This document shows positions 1 to 12,754 of a stretch of 64,000 bases of DNA, piece by piece; within the stretch, counting starts at the first letter, position 1; each line of letters starts with the position of its first letter. Below the pieces are notes generated by a model. The model did not search any database, was not told the origin of the DNA, and was given only the letters and a program-made list of their open reading frames with translations. The stretch comes from Takakia lepidozioides (Eukaryota > Plantae > Bryophyta). Position numbers and translations under genes: made by a program. The DNA lies in assembly GCA_030704615.1 (NCBI GenBank), contig CM060732.1, positions 10,540,001 through 10,604,000 of the forward strand. Direction: 5' to 3'.

Positions 1-323
1 AAGTATCTGTGAAGGTTCGCCTGATTTAGCTCCTTGCATGGATGTCGCGGGGGTCAAGGTGTTTTTTTGCAGTGAAGTAGCCTGGAAGGTGTGTATAAAC
101 TGTATCGTCGTCATCAACACTTGGACTCATCAACAGCTTCATTGATACATCTGTAATTCTCAAGGATGTAGGATTGAGTGTCCAGATGCTAGAAAATGTC
201 TCAAATTTCGGGAAAATTTTGGTAAATGTCCTGCGATGGATGCAGCAAACCATGCTACTGTCATTGCAATGGAGGCTAAATCTCAAGTATGAGTTCTGCT
301 GACCTGAAGTGCCATTTGGGCAG

Positions 324-3300
324 GTGAAGTCAGAGGTTTTGGAGGCCTTGGAAATCAGGGAGAAGCAGGTGATTGAGCTTCAGGCTACCATCAAGTCTCT
401 TCAGGTTGGGTGGGCTTCTGCAGGTACAGATATCATTACCATATTGAATCAGGTGAGTACAATATACAATTGTAAGGTTGAGGGCGACTTTTCATCTGAA
501 TGTGACATTTCACAATTATGTGGGCAGGTGGTATATATTACAAGGGAACTGTGAATGGCTGCCCTTTCCCTTGCCCCCTCTCCTGCTGATGTTATCATTG
601 TGGGTGAGCAGAGGCTGAAAAGAAGAGATTAATGCAAGGGAAAGAGTGGTTGGAGCAAGCTGCGGTGGCTGCAAGTGGTCGGGAGGCGTCATTGCACGCA
701 CAGCGGCTGCAGGACAGTGAGAAAGCTGATGAAATGCTCCGGTTGCAGCTAAAACGTTGCAGTGAACTCCAGGTCCTGGATCTGGCTTGGAGACACATGT
801 GTGGTTGTATGTGTATATCACATATATGATATGTCGATTACATTGCTCTCACGCAAACTTTGGTGATATCACAATACAGGCTCGGCTACAAGAAGAGATT
901 CAGCAGAAGACGGAGGCTCGGATTACTGCTAGGGCGGCAGAGGCTAAGGCAGAGGCTGCTGAAGAAGCCAGAGAGAAAAAAGAAAGAGATGCTGCAAGAG
1001 AGATTGAGCAGCTCAAGGTAGAGCTTGCCAGGTCACAAAGAGATAGTGGTTATACTCTTTCAAGAATCAAAGCTGAGGTAGAGCCTCTGCAACCAGAATC
1101 CTACTGTGACAAGTCATACTTCGAACCCAAATATGGCATCTGATATTGTCCTTTTCCAGCATTGGTCCAAGATACTTTTCAGAAGCACATTGAGGTCTAA
1201 TAGCTGCATTTCCGCCTTGCAGAATGCAGCTCTGATGGGACGGGCAAGGACTGCAGCAGAGGAGGTTGAGAGCTTGCAGTTGCAACTAGAAGAAGAACAG
1301 AGGCACTTAGCTAAGGTAGTTCAAATTTTGTGGTAGGACAAAGTAAAATGTCTTCATTGGATTTTTACTTGTTGACTTTCTGTTCCATGAAGTCAAAGCT
1401 GGTATTCTCTAGGTTTTACAAATGGTCATAGACTACAAAGTGTGATATTAACAGCACTAGGACCGTCTGAAAATTTGCGACCAATTTGAACCTTCCTTTT
1501 TTCTCTGTTGCAACATACAGGGGAAAGTTTAGCCTACATTTATTTTGCCTCTGTAATCTTACAAAGTGGAGCTCTGTGCTGGGGGTGTAGAGCTTGGAAG
1601 GAAAACAGGAGTTGGAACACAAGGTTGCTCATGGGATGGCACAGGTTTCCTCACGGGCAACTGGGCTGGTTGAGGCCGACTCCGTCATCAGACATCTCCA
1701 AGAGGAGCTTAGTCACTGCGTAGGAAGTTTTGACCACCTTTTTACATCAGGGATTGATTGTTGTTTTAGCTCTTAACAAGATAGGGAGAGAAGTGCGAGG
1801 GCCTCCGACTCAGTAAGTTCTTATTTGGGCACATAATATGTTCACAGTACTGCACTTGATGTTGTGTGGGGTTTTACTCTTATTAGACAGAAGGATGAAG
1901 GACAGAGAGAGATATAGTGTGTCCATGGGCCAAGGGACATGAGAATAGAAATCCAGAAACCTTTAAGAAAATTCCTAACATCAATCGATGAAAGAGATAA
2001 AGTGAGTTTTTTTTGTAATTTTCCCACAGTTGAATGCCTCAAAGTCCATTAGGCATGGGTCCACCTTGTGCTCTTTTCTTGCCTTGTCAGTCATGGTCTG
2101 TAAAGTGAAGAGGTGGTCTAAGGAAGACCTTTTCTTACTGACAGCAGCTTGACCTTTTTGCCGGATGTGAGCTGATTCTGCGCAAGAACAAGACATGCAC
2201 ACAAAGAAATAATGATATTCACTGGAGACCCAGCGGGTCCATGGTACACAGTAGAACACGTACAGAGAAACTTTTGGAAGAGGGATAGAGAATACCTTGG
2301 TTTGGTCAGTTATTGGCAGCTGGTTTTGAGCTGTGGTAGCAGATTCTCTGCATCATTGGATGAGTTTTGTACCCAATATGGCAATGTGTGCAAGAGAAAG
2401 AAATGTTGGTGTCATCCTGATGGGCCAGCAATTGACCTGTGCAGGCTGCAGATGTGGCAGAAGCTAGGAAGCTGAAGCAAGTGCATGTGAATGCTGCATT
2501 ACTGAATGAACGACTGATTAGTGAGAAAGCACGTGCTGATAGGGCAGAAGCAAGTCTCACTGAGCTCGCAGATTTGCAACTGAAACTCAAACAGTTGGAA
2601 GCGGAGTCGCAAGCGTGGCGTGACATGATTTGTGGACTCCCAGGTGTAGAGACATGCGAGGACCTGCCTTGCAGATTTGTAGAGCTTCAGAGGTGAGGTT
2701 ATGATCAACCTTTAAGTTGGCATAGTTGTGTTTGTCACTCACAGGGAAACTTGTGTTCACTTCACATGACATGTCTTGAAGGTTGGAGGTTCTTTCTTTC
2801 TCTTTCTTTCTTGGTTTTCCTACTTTGGCCATTGCCCATCAGGGGTTCCTTTTTTGTCTCCCTCTTCATGCAAAGCTTGAGCCTATTTCTGTTTCTACTT
2901 GTGTTCCTTGGGCCCTTTGGGGGAAGCCAGCTTTAAGGCCAGGAATTCGTGAGTTCTTTAAAAGTTGCAAATGGAGTACCCCATTTTGCATTTCAGTAGG
3001 TTGCTGTAAGCCATGGACAGAAATTCAGGAGTCTCCACTGATGACCAAGTTCATGAGGTTATTCCATTGCCCTGACAGTGTGGCCTCCCTCAGACATCAT
3101 CTCTTTCTCTCTCTGGTCCCTTTGGTTTCCACTCAAACTGGGTGCGGGGTCAATGGCTACAAGGCTACGGCAAACAACGTCTTATGAGTACATTCTTTCT
3201 CTCTCTGTTGCCCTCAGCCCCCCCCTGTGGATGTTATGAAGTTTTCTTCTTTCAATACTGCAGTTCTATTGGGAGACATTCTTGGTCCTCCATGAAAATG

Positions 3301-6300
3301 GAATCTTGCGACCCAATTACCTGTCTGCTCCCTCTCTTCTGAGGGCATTGGGGAGGTTCAGGGTGGCTCCCACAGTCTGCAGATAGAATGTACTCATAAG
3401 ACGTTGTTTGCCGTAGCCTTGTGGCCGTAGACCCTGCGCCCAGTTTGGGCAGAACAAAAGGGAGAAGAAACTACATTTGTGAGGGGCTCACTCCGGTAGT
3501 GTGACTTACCTGCAGATAGAGACTGGTAGGTGGGAAAACCTGCAATGTGAGAACAGCCTATGCCCCGCTTGGGCTGGGAACAACAGGGAAATCGAAAGTG
3601 AAGAACATTTCTTCTTTCACTGCCCTTTCTACTATGAGATCTGTGGGAGATTCAATTGTCTATTCTGGGATACCCAATCTCTCACAGGGTCTTCCACTAT
3701 GAGGATCAGAAATGCTTGGCCGCTTGCCTGCATGAGGTGTTGACTCTTCAACAAACCCTTGAGAGAGAGTTGCTTTTGGGCTGCGTGTGGATCCTCTCTC
3801 TTGTTTCTTGCTTCATGTTGTCGTATAAGCTCTTTGGGCTTTCCGCAGACGGTATAAAGTACGATTTCATTTCATTTCATTTCTTATGTGTTCTTGTTTG
3901 ATAAGCACTTTGGGCTCTCTGTCTGCATTTAAAAGCTCCTGTCTTCCTTTCTTTCCATGGGAATGTTGTAGGGTGTGGGCAAGCACCACGGCAATTTCGG
4001 GCTGTCTCTCTCATAAACCCTGGTGGGCTAATCAGGACTGGCTCTTGGTGGGTTAATATCCTTCAGGGACAAAACCCTTAGGTTTTTTTTAAAAATGTGG
4101 AAGGATACTATCAATGATACAATCCCTATGGGCCTTTCCTTTCTGTCTATTTGTTCAAGGCCAAACCTAGTGATGCTTTGGTGGTCAGGGAATCCATGGC
4201 AGCCATGGCGAAGATGGGGGAGGTGAATGCTCAAGTTGCAGAGCTGCAGACAGCTCTTGAGAGAGCTGAAAGTGTGAGAGAGCAGGCAGAGGCCCATGCA
4301 GTTGCAGTGCAGGCAGAGGCCGCTGATATCATTCTCAATCTGAAGAGGATAGAGCGCAAGGTATTTTCTTCCCAATTCCTAGGCATACATATGATGGGAT
4401 GTCATATCAATCAGTAAGTTCGTACTAGTCTAAATTGACATTTTTTTGAAGAAACTTCATATTTTGTTAACCGTCGTAACTGACAAAAGCTTCTGTTTTT
4501 GTTGGTGGGACTCAATGCATGTATAGGTAGCACTGATCAGCAAGGAACGGGATGGACTGAAGGCGACTTTGGCATCTTATGACGAGGAGGAGGCAGTAAT
4601 AGCCAGTCATCGTAAACCTGGAGACACAGTGGTGTCACTGGCTATGCCGGAGAAGGCCAAGGATAAGCGCATCAAGGTAACCCCTGATTCTCTTCATTGA
4701 AGAAATCTCCCCATCTGTCTGTAAAGGTGGGAAGGAGAGTATTTGGAGACATACTACGGACTTTTGCTCGTGTAAAGCTGAGCCCTGTCTTCGCCTCATG
4801 ACATTTAACAGTGTCTCTGGTTGGACAGAGCAAGAGAATTGGGACAAGGTGTCTGTGTCCACATGTTTGGGTGTGTATGTGAGAAAGAGAGCAAGAGAGT
4901 CCTCACAATGAAGAGAGCAATTTACACTCATGCATCTTTGGGAGTTCACTGCATTCTGTGGAGAGTTATGCAGATGAGCCCCATTCTGCGTTTATAGCCA
5001 TAAAGCTGCTTCAAGTAAGCCTAATGAGTACACGTCTTCTTTCCTTTGCCATCTCCCATTCCCCTGGGGAGAATGCACTAATAACCTTCAGATTCTTACT
5101 CCCAGGAATTGCAAGTGGCTCTCACAGAGGCTCAATATAATGCAATTCATTTGGAAGAGGCCATTGCAAGAAGCAGCAATGCGTCAACTGAACAACGGCG
5201 GGAGGCTGAGAATCTGTCCGAAGAGCTCAACCAAGCCCATGAGAGTGTCAAGTCCTTGCAGCGGGAGAGTGAGAGACTTCGGCAGGAGGTTGCAGTCTTG
5301 GAGTCCAAGGTTTGCATAAAACAATGAGTAGAGCTTTTGGGATTGATACAAAACTTGTCATTCACTTTGACTCCTGGAAATGAAGAAAATCAAAGTACTT
5401 GAGGTACTCTGTAGAAAAGCTAATCTTCGGGGTTTTCCAGTGACATGGTATGTAATGCCGCAATCAACCTTGTTTGTCGGAGTGGAATAGAAAGACTTTG
5501 AGCCTACTACTTTTGGTGTCTTCTGGATTTTCCTGTTTCTTTTGGTTCTCATTTCATGATGGAGCTAAGAGTCTTGTGTAAGATATGCTGCTTTCTGGTC
5601 TTCATGGGTGATATGAACAAGCAGTTCCTGAAAAGACATTGGCATCTTCCCCTTATCCTACTGTTGGTTTCTGTGGGTCTGTTTTTCTACTGTCTCCCTC
5701 AAGCCTTGTGGGCATCCCAGAATGGAGCATACTAACCCTTCCACCTCCGTCTCGTACAGGTTACATACCCCCATCAGGCTGTCTAATCTGAGAAATAAAT
5801 AGATTTATCGCATCCGCAGGGGCCCAAGCCCATGGGACAACACAGTAGAGAATCCATGGGAGTCTCATGGCAGAATAAGAACAAGAAGTCTATACAACGT
5901 ACACGGAAGAGAGATGGTTGTTCATCTTAATATCACTGTTTGCTGGTCCTTGTGGCAGCTAGGACACGGTGAATATGACCGGTCAACAACCAAGGTGCTG
6001 CATTTGATCAACAATCCTGAAGCAGAGGCCCACAGAGAAGACCGACAGGAAGCATTGCAAGCTGAAGTGGAAGCACTGCGTGAGAAGCTCGATACACTGG
6101 AGCGAGGCCGCAATAGCCTGGGTAGGTATAACTAGTTTTCTTAAAAAGGGTCATTTTGCTCAGCACTCATTCAGTATGTGTTGTAGGAATCCACAGCTTT
6201 CTTCTGGTTCATGGGTGCTGAGCTCTCTCATTGGTTCTCAACATTATGGACCAAGTGCATCTCAACTTGTGGTGAGGTACCATGATGCAGGCGATGGGAG

Positions 6301-8838
6301 TGCAAGAGACTTGGGGTCTGCCAAGGGGAGTGGCAACATCCAGGCCATGGAAGTTACCGAGCTCACTCAGCGGGTGACATCACTTGAGAAGCGTGAAGCT
6401 CGGTGTGTTCTGTAGCACAAGTTTAAGCACAGGCTTGCTTCCATGATCTGCCTCCATTCTGCTTTACCTCCCTTCCCTGCTGTGGGCTAGCTACCATAGA
6501 TTTGTGACATTCGATCAATAACCAAAATTGTCTCTCAGGCAGTAAATGTTTCAGTCTTTTGTTTGGGCACAGGTACCGGCAAGTCTTTGCAGACAAGATC
6601 TCAATTTTCAGGGAGGCCTGCTATCTTTTATTTGGTTATAAGGTAGGCTTCTGAGTTCAAATCCAGGCAGGTCTATGTTGGAATGTACACTGCATAGTCG
6701 CACCATGCTGTTGACTGGACCATTGGCACGTCAAACTAGTTTGAGGAATTAAGCTGGCAAAGTGACCAGGTTGCAAGTTAACTCAGAACTCTAAGCTGTT
6801 TGGGATTCGATATAGGTCACAATAGGTGCTGCATGTCTGTATACCCTCCAGGTAATTACTCCTGACAGTGAAAGAGTGAGTCTGAATCTGTGCTGGCATT
6901 CCTATTGCCAAGTATGTCATGGTAAATTCCTCTAAATTCCTCCCCCAGACTAGGTTTTGATCATTAGAAGCTGGAATGTGTTTGATTAGAATGTGCTGGT
7001 CTGATACTCAACAGTGCATCTATAGAGCCTTTGGGAATGCACAAAGTCCTTCAAAGCTCCTTCAAGATTAGGGATTGGATATGGTCAATGCCCCTGTTTT
7101 TTATTATGCATACTGGAATGATGGTGGATGGCCCATGGGATTAAAAACAGACCTGCTGTAAGCTGTTTTAACACACAATTTAGCAAACCAGGGTTGTTGA
7201 AGAACTTTCCAGATTACACACTGTTCTCTAAAGTTCTCCCAAGTGATTGGGTTTGACCTGCTCTGAAACATGATGTATCTTTGCAGAAGTAACACCCAAG
7301 CCCATGCCTACAACACAGCATGAACTTTGCAGTTCTTTACCAGATTTCTGATGCTAACATTACCTTGATTGTCACCTTCCATCATCACTTAGGTACACAT
7401 GAACGAGGAAAGGGATTCATCGACTGGAATTCCTGTTACTGTGCTCACCCTGCAGTCTATCTTTGCACAAACTGATGATGAAAAGCTTCTTTTTCAGCTT
7501 AACTCAGGCCATATGGATATGCTGGTATGCTTGTTACACCTTACCCTGTATCATTTTGTGACTTTAAAGACTCACATTATGTCTGTGGAAATGGAAATGG
7601 TAGTGGTTGATAGGATTCTGTATCGACTGTGTTGTTACGCAAGAAGACGGGTTCTTGGACCTGCAAAATAACTTGGAGGAAAATGCACTTTGTGCACTGG
7701 CTAGTACAGTCTGATTCCATGAAGCATAACCTTCACCATATGCTTTTGAAGATTTGCAGGACCATATAGAGTATGGCCAGAGTGCCCTAAGTAGCTTCTT
7801 TTTGCCACTAGCTCAGCTACTCTGATGACTGTCAGATTTGTCTGACCTTGAAAATTTGTGGCCTGTCTGGTTTGTGCAACATCATCGCTACAGGCAAATG
7901 AGTACACCACATCACCAGAGATTGAACGACAGGTGCTCAACTGCCCAATCCTTATCTTGTAGAACCTTAGGAACAGTACAGGGTTGATGATCACAATGTT
8001 CACAGTCCTTTGTACCTAGGTAGTGCACATAGGGACGCAAGGTGAAGCATGGAATTATCTGCTGGCTTCACTGGCTCACCATACAATGTCCTAAAAACCA
8101 ATGGAGGGGGAAGAATCTGTTACACTGCAGATTCTTGAGAATAGGAGCAGAAAAACTGAATCGAGTAAATCACATATCGACATAGAACATACACCAGAAC
8201 CACAGAAAGAGACATACTCATTTCTGTATACATGTTGGCTGTGAACCTGTGGTCTGGTAAAATTTATCGAGTGGTGCACAGCTGACAATGACCTGGTTAC
8301 AGTTGATTGGATGTTCCTGCAAGGGGTGGCAGGGTGGGACATAAAGTGGAGTTTTGAATTCAGGACTGCTACTGTAGGCCTCTCCCTAAACAGAATATGG
8401 CACTGGTTGCTGCGTTTGTACTCTGTCCCACTGGAGTGATAAAAGGTCAGAAGTAAAGGAACAGCAGTGAATTTGTGGGGCAGATGGGGGAAAAAAATGT
8501 TACATCCACAGGAGGCTCAGAGAGAAAGAACGAAAGTTTACAGTGAAGGACTGAAAGAAAGGAAACGTTGACAGAGGCCCCACTGATGGCCATACTTTGC
8601 TAAATAGCAGCCGAGCAACCATTTCAGTCAAACAGATAGCTGCAAACCTTAACTTTTGGGAAAACACAGCCTGTGATCTTGACGTATGAAAGTCATCACT
8701 GGCTACTTGATAAGGAGAGTATTTACTACTGGTGTTGACTATGAACAGGTGACCACATTTTTGAAAAACTTCAAGTCCATTCCTGCATTCATCGCAAACC
8801 TGACAATGGAGCTCTTCAACAAGGCCACAATGGGTTGA
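324..8838 (+). CDS. MAD1: Mitotic spindle checkpoint protein MAD1, multi-exon; first exon not seen in window
   Basis: GT-AG exons read by eye: 324-404, ~612-772 (acceptor uncertain), 880-1077, 1223-1315, 1591-1719, 2445-2692, 4189-4360, 4527-4676, 5106-5309, 5959-6121, 6291-6402, 6573-6642, 7393-7524, 7894-7932, 8749-8838 (TGA). Long coiled coil with plant MAD1 hallmarks VKSEVLEAL, LESKLGHGEY..TKVLHL, RYRQVFADKISIFREACYLLFGYK, LQSIFAQTDDEKL, FKSIPAFIANLTMELFNK. Confidence 0.93.
2030..2185 (-). mobile_element. Degenerate LINE reverse-transcriptase fragment in a MAD1 intron
   Basis: ORF 1981..2259 contains QKGQAAVSKKRSSLDHLFTLQTMTDKAR..CLMDFEAFN, resembling the non-LTR RT consensus QxGFRxxRSTxDHIFTL...VDFxKAFD. 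Confidence 0.6.
3116..3193 (+). mobile_element. Short 5'-truncated retroposon copy A with 14-bp TSD
   Basis: Direct repeat TCTTTCTCTCTCTG at 3102-3115 and 3194-3207; homologous to copy B with the same 3' end (...CTTATGAGTACAT). Confidence 0.7.
3345..3883 (+). mobile_element. 3' end of a LINE (RTE-like): ORF2 C-terminal Cys/His knuckle and microsatellite tail
   Basis: SHSLQIE/LQIETGRW...LCP...ESEEHFFFHCPFY motif; ends in an (ATTTC)n tail near 3865-3883. Confidence 0.65.
3388..3509 (-). mobile_element. Short retroposon copy B with 11-bp TSD, inserted in a LINE fragment
   Basis: Direct repeat CTGCAGATAGA at 3377-3387 and 3510-3520; reverse complement of copy A over ~75 bp. Confidence 0.7.
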
Positions 8839-10597
8839 CTGTGGGTTGATCTTCTGTCACCCTTTAATCCATACCTGACTCCATTAGTTATGGCTAACCA
8901 GGGAGTTTTCCGCCCATGTATATATTTTAGGTAGTTATGTCCCTTCTCTCTCTTTGTGGTTCATGTCTCATCTTTCTTTGATTTGAATGCTAAAACTGCA
9001 TTGGCTGAGTCTTCCCATGTTGACAGAAACTCAGTAGGTCTGCTCCCTCTGTCGGAAACTGATAAAGTCAGTGGGCAGTTATAACAACTGGTCACTGTTA
9101 TACAGGATGTAGTTGCTTGTCACATTCTTGAGTTGACTCTCTATGCAGCATCCCCTGGTTTCCTTCTTTTAGTCTCTCAAATGTGAGTTCAGAGTTTACT
9201 ATGCCCTCTCACATTATCTTTATCAAAATCCAGTAGTCTTTCTGTTTCTTCCAGACTGAATTTTAGTCACCAAAAGGGTTAGTACTTGGAGTTCACAGCT
9301 CCGGCGTTGAGTTTTTGTCTTTCCAGCTGGCAAACCACCCCTCCTAGCTCATTGTAAGTTGTTGCTTGCGTTCCGGAATGTGAGTTTGCCATGTCATCTG
9401 AATAAAGATGATGTCTTGTACCATCTTAATGAATTAGTTGATTCACAACTGTCCAAGTTGGATAAGTTTGAGTCCCTCCGGATTTCACTCCATGTGAGTT
9501 CATTTAGCTTGCAGTAATGCCAGAAAGCTGATTGCTGATGTTGCTGTAAAGATTGTAGAAAATACGAGTGTTGTGCCTCTGATTTGGCCTCAGACCCTGG
9601 CGGGTCCCAAGTCCCAACCTCTCTATATATATATATGGATCTGCCTGAGGTCAAAAAATTAAATATCTGCCTCCGTCAGGAACCGGATATGAAGAGATGG
9701 GATAATCGGATCTGGTTGAGAACCGATATTTTTGCTCTTTTTGTGTTTGTTTTGATCTGGAACAAGTGGTCCAAAACCTTTCTACCCGACATTTAGAACT
9801 GGAGGTTATAATCTGGATAATAACCTGACTTATAATATCCTAATCCAGATAATAACCAGTGTTGGGCGGTTCTTGCCTTTGTGAAGGAACCTTCGGTTCC
9901 GGTTCCACAAATTTTTGAAGAGACGGCTCCGGATCCGGATCCGGTTATTTTTTATTAAGGCGGTTCCGGTCCGGTTCAGGTTCTGACTTTTTAACATGGG
10001 GGCGGTTCCGGTTACCGGTTAGTTGCTGGAAAAAAAACGCCGGTTCTGGTTAGGTTCCGGTTCTTTTTTAAAAATATATTAAATTATTTTAATTTTTTAT
10101 TCTTCTGGAAAATTAGATGAACTGATCTGATTGGTCATACTGAGAATTTTCAACTAAAACCAGGGAATTTATTAGTAAAACAGAAGTAAATAAACTTATA
10201 TGTTTTTTGTGATTGTCTTTTATGGTATATATAACTAGTTATATACGCATGGTCTCCATTAAAAACGGAAAACCAGAGATTTTATAAGTTGTCGTACGGT
10301 GTAGCAAAGAACAACTAAAACAAACTAACTACATAAGGATCTTAATTCAAAATACAAAACAAATTAAACATGTGTAATTCTATGGTTACCTTTTATGGTG
10401 CAGCAAAAGCACAACTAAAAAAAATTACATAAATTTGTGTTTTTTGGATGATGCTTTGTCAATATAGCATACAACAAACTAAGTACACGGGATATCACTG
10501 AAATTTTCAATAAAAATGACAAATAAACAAACTCCAATCAAAGGAATATAGTGTAATATGTTGAACAATAATTTGTCTCTAAGACAAATCAGTCTAC

Positions 10598-12754
10598 CTA
10601 AAACAGGTTTGCCTCTGCAATCAAGTCCTCATTCTCATCTAAGAGAACTTCTTCCCTCTCCAAAAACTCTTTCATGGAAGTACTAAAGCAACCAACTCTA
10701 GTATCATTTGGCCAATTTTTGATTACACTCACAAGCATATCAAGGTTTTCAATATTTAACCTGCACCGTCTCAAGTTTGTTATGACACCTGCAATACTAA
10801 AAACCCTCTCAGCTTCAATCTGAGATCCAACTATGCCCAAAATTAGCCGTGCCAAAAATCCCACATACGGAAAGAGAGACTCGTGTTCTTTCCACCATTT
10901 CAAAGGAGCCACGCACTCACCCTCATTTATCTTCGTCCTTCTGAAATATGAAAGTTGTTCTCTCACCACTGTCAATGTCATGTCTTCATTGTGGTCATGC
11001 ACACCAAATAAGGACATCTCGTCCATTGTGGAAGTGGGCTGTGATTGGGCCGGAGTATCCGGATGTAAGACCTTGAAACACTTTACCAAAAGAGGCTCTA
11101 ACACCATACTATCATATTGGGACACAATATGCAAAACACGCTCTTTGCCCACATATTGTGATACCAATGACAACCCCTTGTAACGTGGGTCAAGCATAAG
11201 CGCGAGCATATTGTGAGCTTTGCGCGATTGAAACCCTTCCAAAAAAGAAAGAAATGGTTCCAAGACATATACCACCTTTCGAGCCATCCGCCATTCCAAC
11301 AATGTCAACTCTGTTGATAAATCCCCCATGCAATGATCCACAGTTGCAGCCCCCCCAGCACTACTTCCTCGCATGCGAATTGTTGTGGCAATGGCTGCAT
11401 TAAGAGCATCGGACAACAACCAAAATCCCCCAGATTGATTCATAATGCACTCATGAACCACAGGCCCTAGAACTGTAGAAATTGATTGGGCAATTGCCCA
11501 CACTTGTGGACTTGGTATGCGAGACTGCAGTGCCAATGAGGTTTGCCTAGAGTAACAAGTGATTATGGCTTGCCTAAACTCCAAAGTCTCTTGGAAGAGG
11601 ATCACCTTGGAAGCAAACCGTGTCTTCACCGGAGTCTTCAGTTTGTGGGGATGAATGCCGCTGTCCACACATGCCTTTGCCCATTCTTGTCTCCCTTTGC
11701 CATTTTTTTTTGTCCAAGTAATGGTTTTTTGCAACTCTGATTGGGCATTTTTTATAGAAACCGATATCATATCTGCGCATACTTTTGCATCATTTGTTGC
11801 ATACTGGCAACACTTGGACATTGCATGCCCAAAACAGCTACCCACAAATGGAGAATCCAACCCCAAACACGCACATGAGACCACCGAATTCAAAGCATTG
11901 GTCAAAGTGGCCAAATTACCTCCCTCATTTTTGACGTAAGCAATAATGCGAGTATTGAGGCCATACTTCACAAGAAGATTGTTGACTTGATGTGCCATGG
12001 CAGCCCCAGATGTGTTAGGTGTCTCAAACATGCCAAGAGTCACATGACATTGCTCCCACTGTTCATTAATAAAGTGCGCTATGATGACAAAAGTGTCAGT
12101 TCCCCCTCTTGACATCCACAAATCAAAACTCACGGAGCAAGTAGCACAACTTTGAAGAGATGGGGACATGTAGCGCTCTTTCGTCTTCTCTGCCAAGATT
12201 GGAATGGCCTCATTCACAAATGTCCGTCGAGAAGGGAAAACAATCCGAGGATTTTGCCTCAACACCATCCTTCTTAGCCAAGGGGATTCTACCAAAGACA
12301 GTGGAACCAACTCCTTTGCAATGAATAAGACTAAATCCTCATTGAACTGCTTCTGTTGATCATCATTTTGGTTGTATGGAGTGGAGCTCCTAAAAAAAAA
12401 AACTATGTTTCCAGGAGTGGGGCCGGGCCTCTTTTTGGCTGGCCTACGGGCCTTCTCAGGTCCTTCATTTTCCCTCTCAATCCACCTACGCAAAACAATG
12501 TCATGTTCTTGATCCACATGCTTTCGAAGGGCAGAGATACCATTGGTTTTATTATAGGTCACAATGCCCTTCTTGCTTGCAGGAGTGACACCAACAGGAT
12601 GACATAGAACACACCTCATTTGTTGTGGATTTGTTATGTCCACTGGAGCAGAGTTTTTTGTTGCATAGAATGCCCATGTCGAAGCAGTGCGATTGTGGGG
12701 CTTCCAAAAATCCCGTTGTTTGTCAAGTACTGGGAGCTGCGCCTCCACATCCAA
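10598..12754 (-). CDS. hAT transposase, 718 aa (BED finger, DDE core, C-terminal dimerisation domain); start codon uncertain (TTG)
   Basis: CVLC..LRKHVDQEH BED-like finger; SFDLW (first D); CFGH (CxxH); KTRF; LDPRYK; LKWWKEHE..FP; SQIEAERVFS (E). Confidence 0.9.
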   Translation of the reverse strand: MDVEAQLPVLDKQRDFWKPHNRTASTWAFYATKNSAPVDITNPQQMRCVLCHPVGVTPASKKGIVTYNKTNGISALRKHVDQEHDIVLRRWIERENEGPEKARRPAKKRPGPTPGNIVFFFRSSTPYNQNDDQQKQFNEDLVLFIAKELVPLSLVESPWLRRMVLRQNPRIVFPSRRTFVNEAIPILAEKTKERYMSPSLQSCATCSVSFDLWMSRGGTDTFVIIAHFINEQWEQCHVTLGMFETPNTSGAAMAHQVNNLLVKYGLNTRIIAYVKNEGGNLATLTNALNSVVSCACLGLDSPFVGSCFGHAMSKCCQYATNDAKVCADMISVSIKNAQSELQKTITWTKKNGKGRQEWAKACVDSGIHPHKLKTPVKTRFASKVILFQETLEFRQAIITCYSRQTSLALQSRIPSPQVWAIAQSISTVLGPVVHECIMNQSGGFWLLSDALNAAIATTIRMRGSSAGGAATVDHCMGDLSTELTLLEWRMARKVVYVLEPFLSFLEGFQSRKAHNMLALMLDPRYKGLSLVSQYVGKERVLHIVSQYDSMVLEPLLVKCFKVLHPDTPAQSQPTSTMDEMSLFGVHDHNEDMTLTVVREQLSYFRRTKINEGECVAPLKWWKEHESLFPYVGFLARLILGIVGSQIEAERVFSIAGVITNLRRCRLNIENLDMLVSVIKNWPNDTRVGCFSTSMKEFLEREEVLLDENEDLIAEANLF

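Noticed and set aside
9583-9856. Independent MITE (TTTGGCCTCAG/CTGAGGTCAAA) and AACCGG-containing relic
   Set aside because: Short imperfect inverted repeat with no TSD; boundaries cannot be defined.
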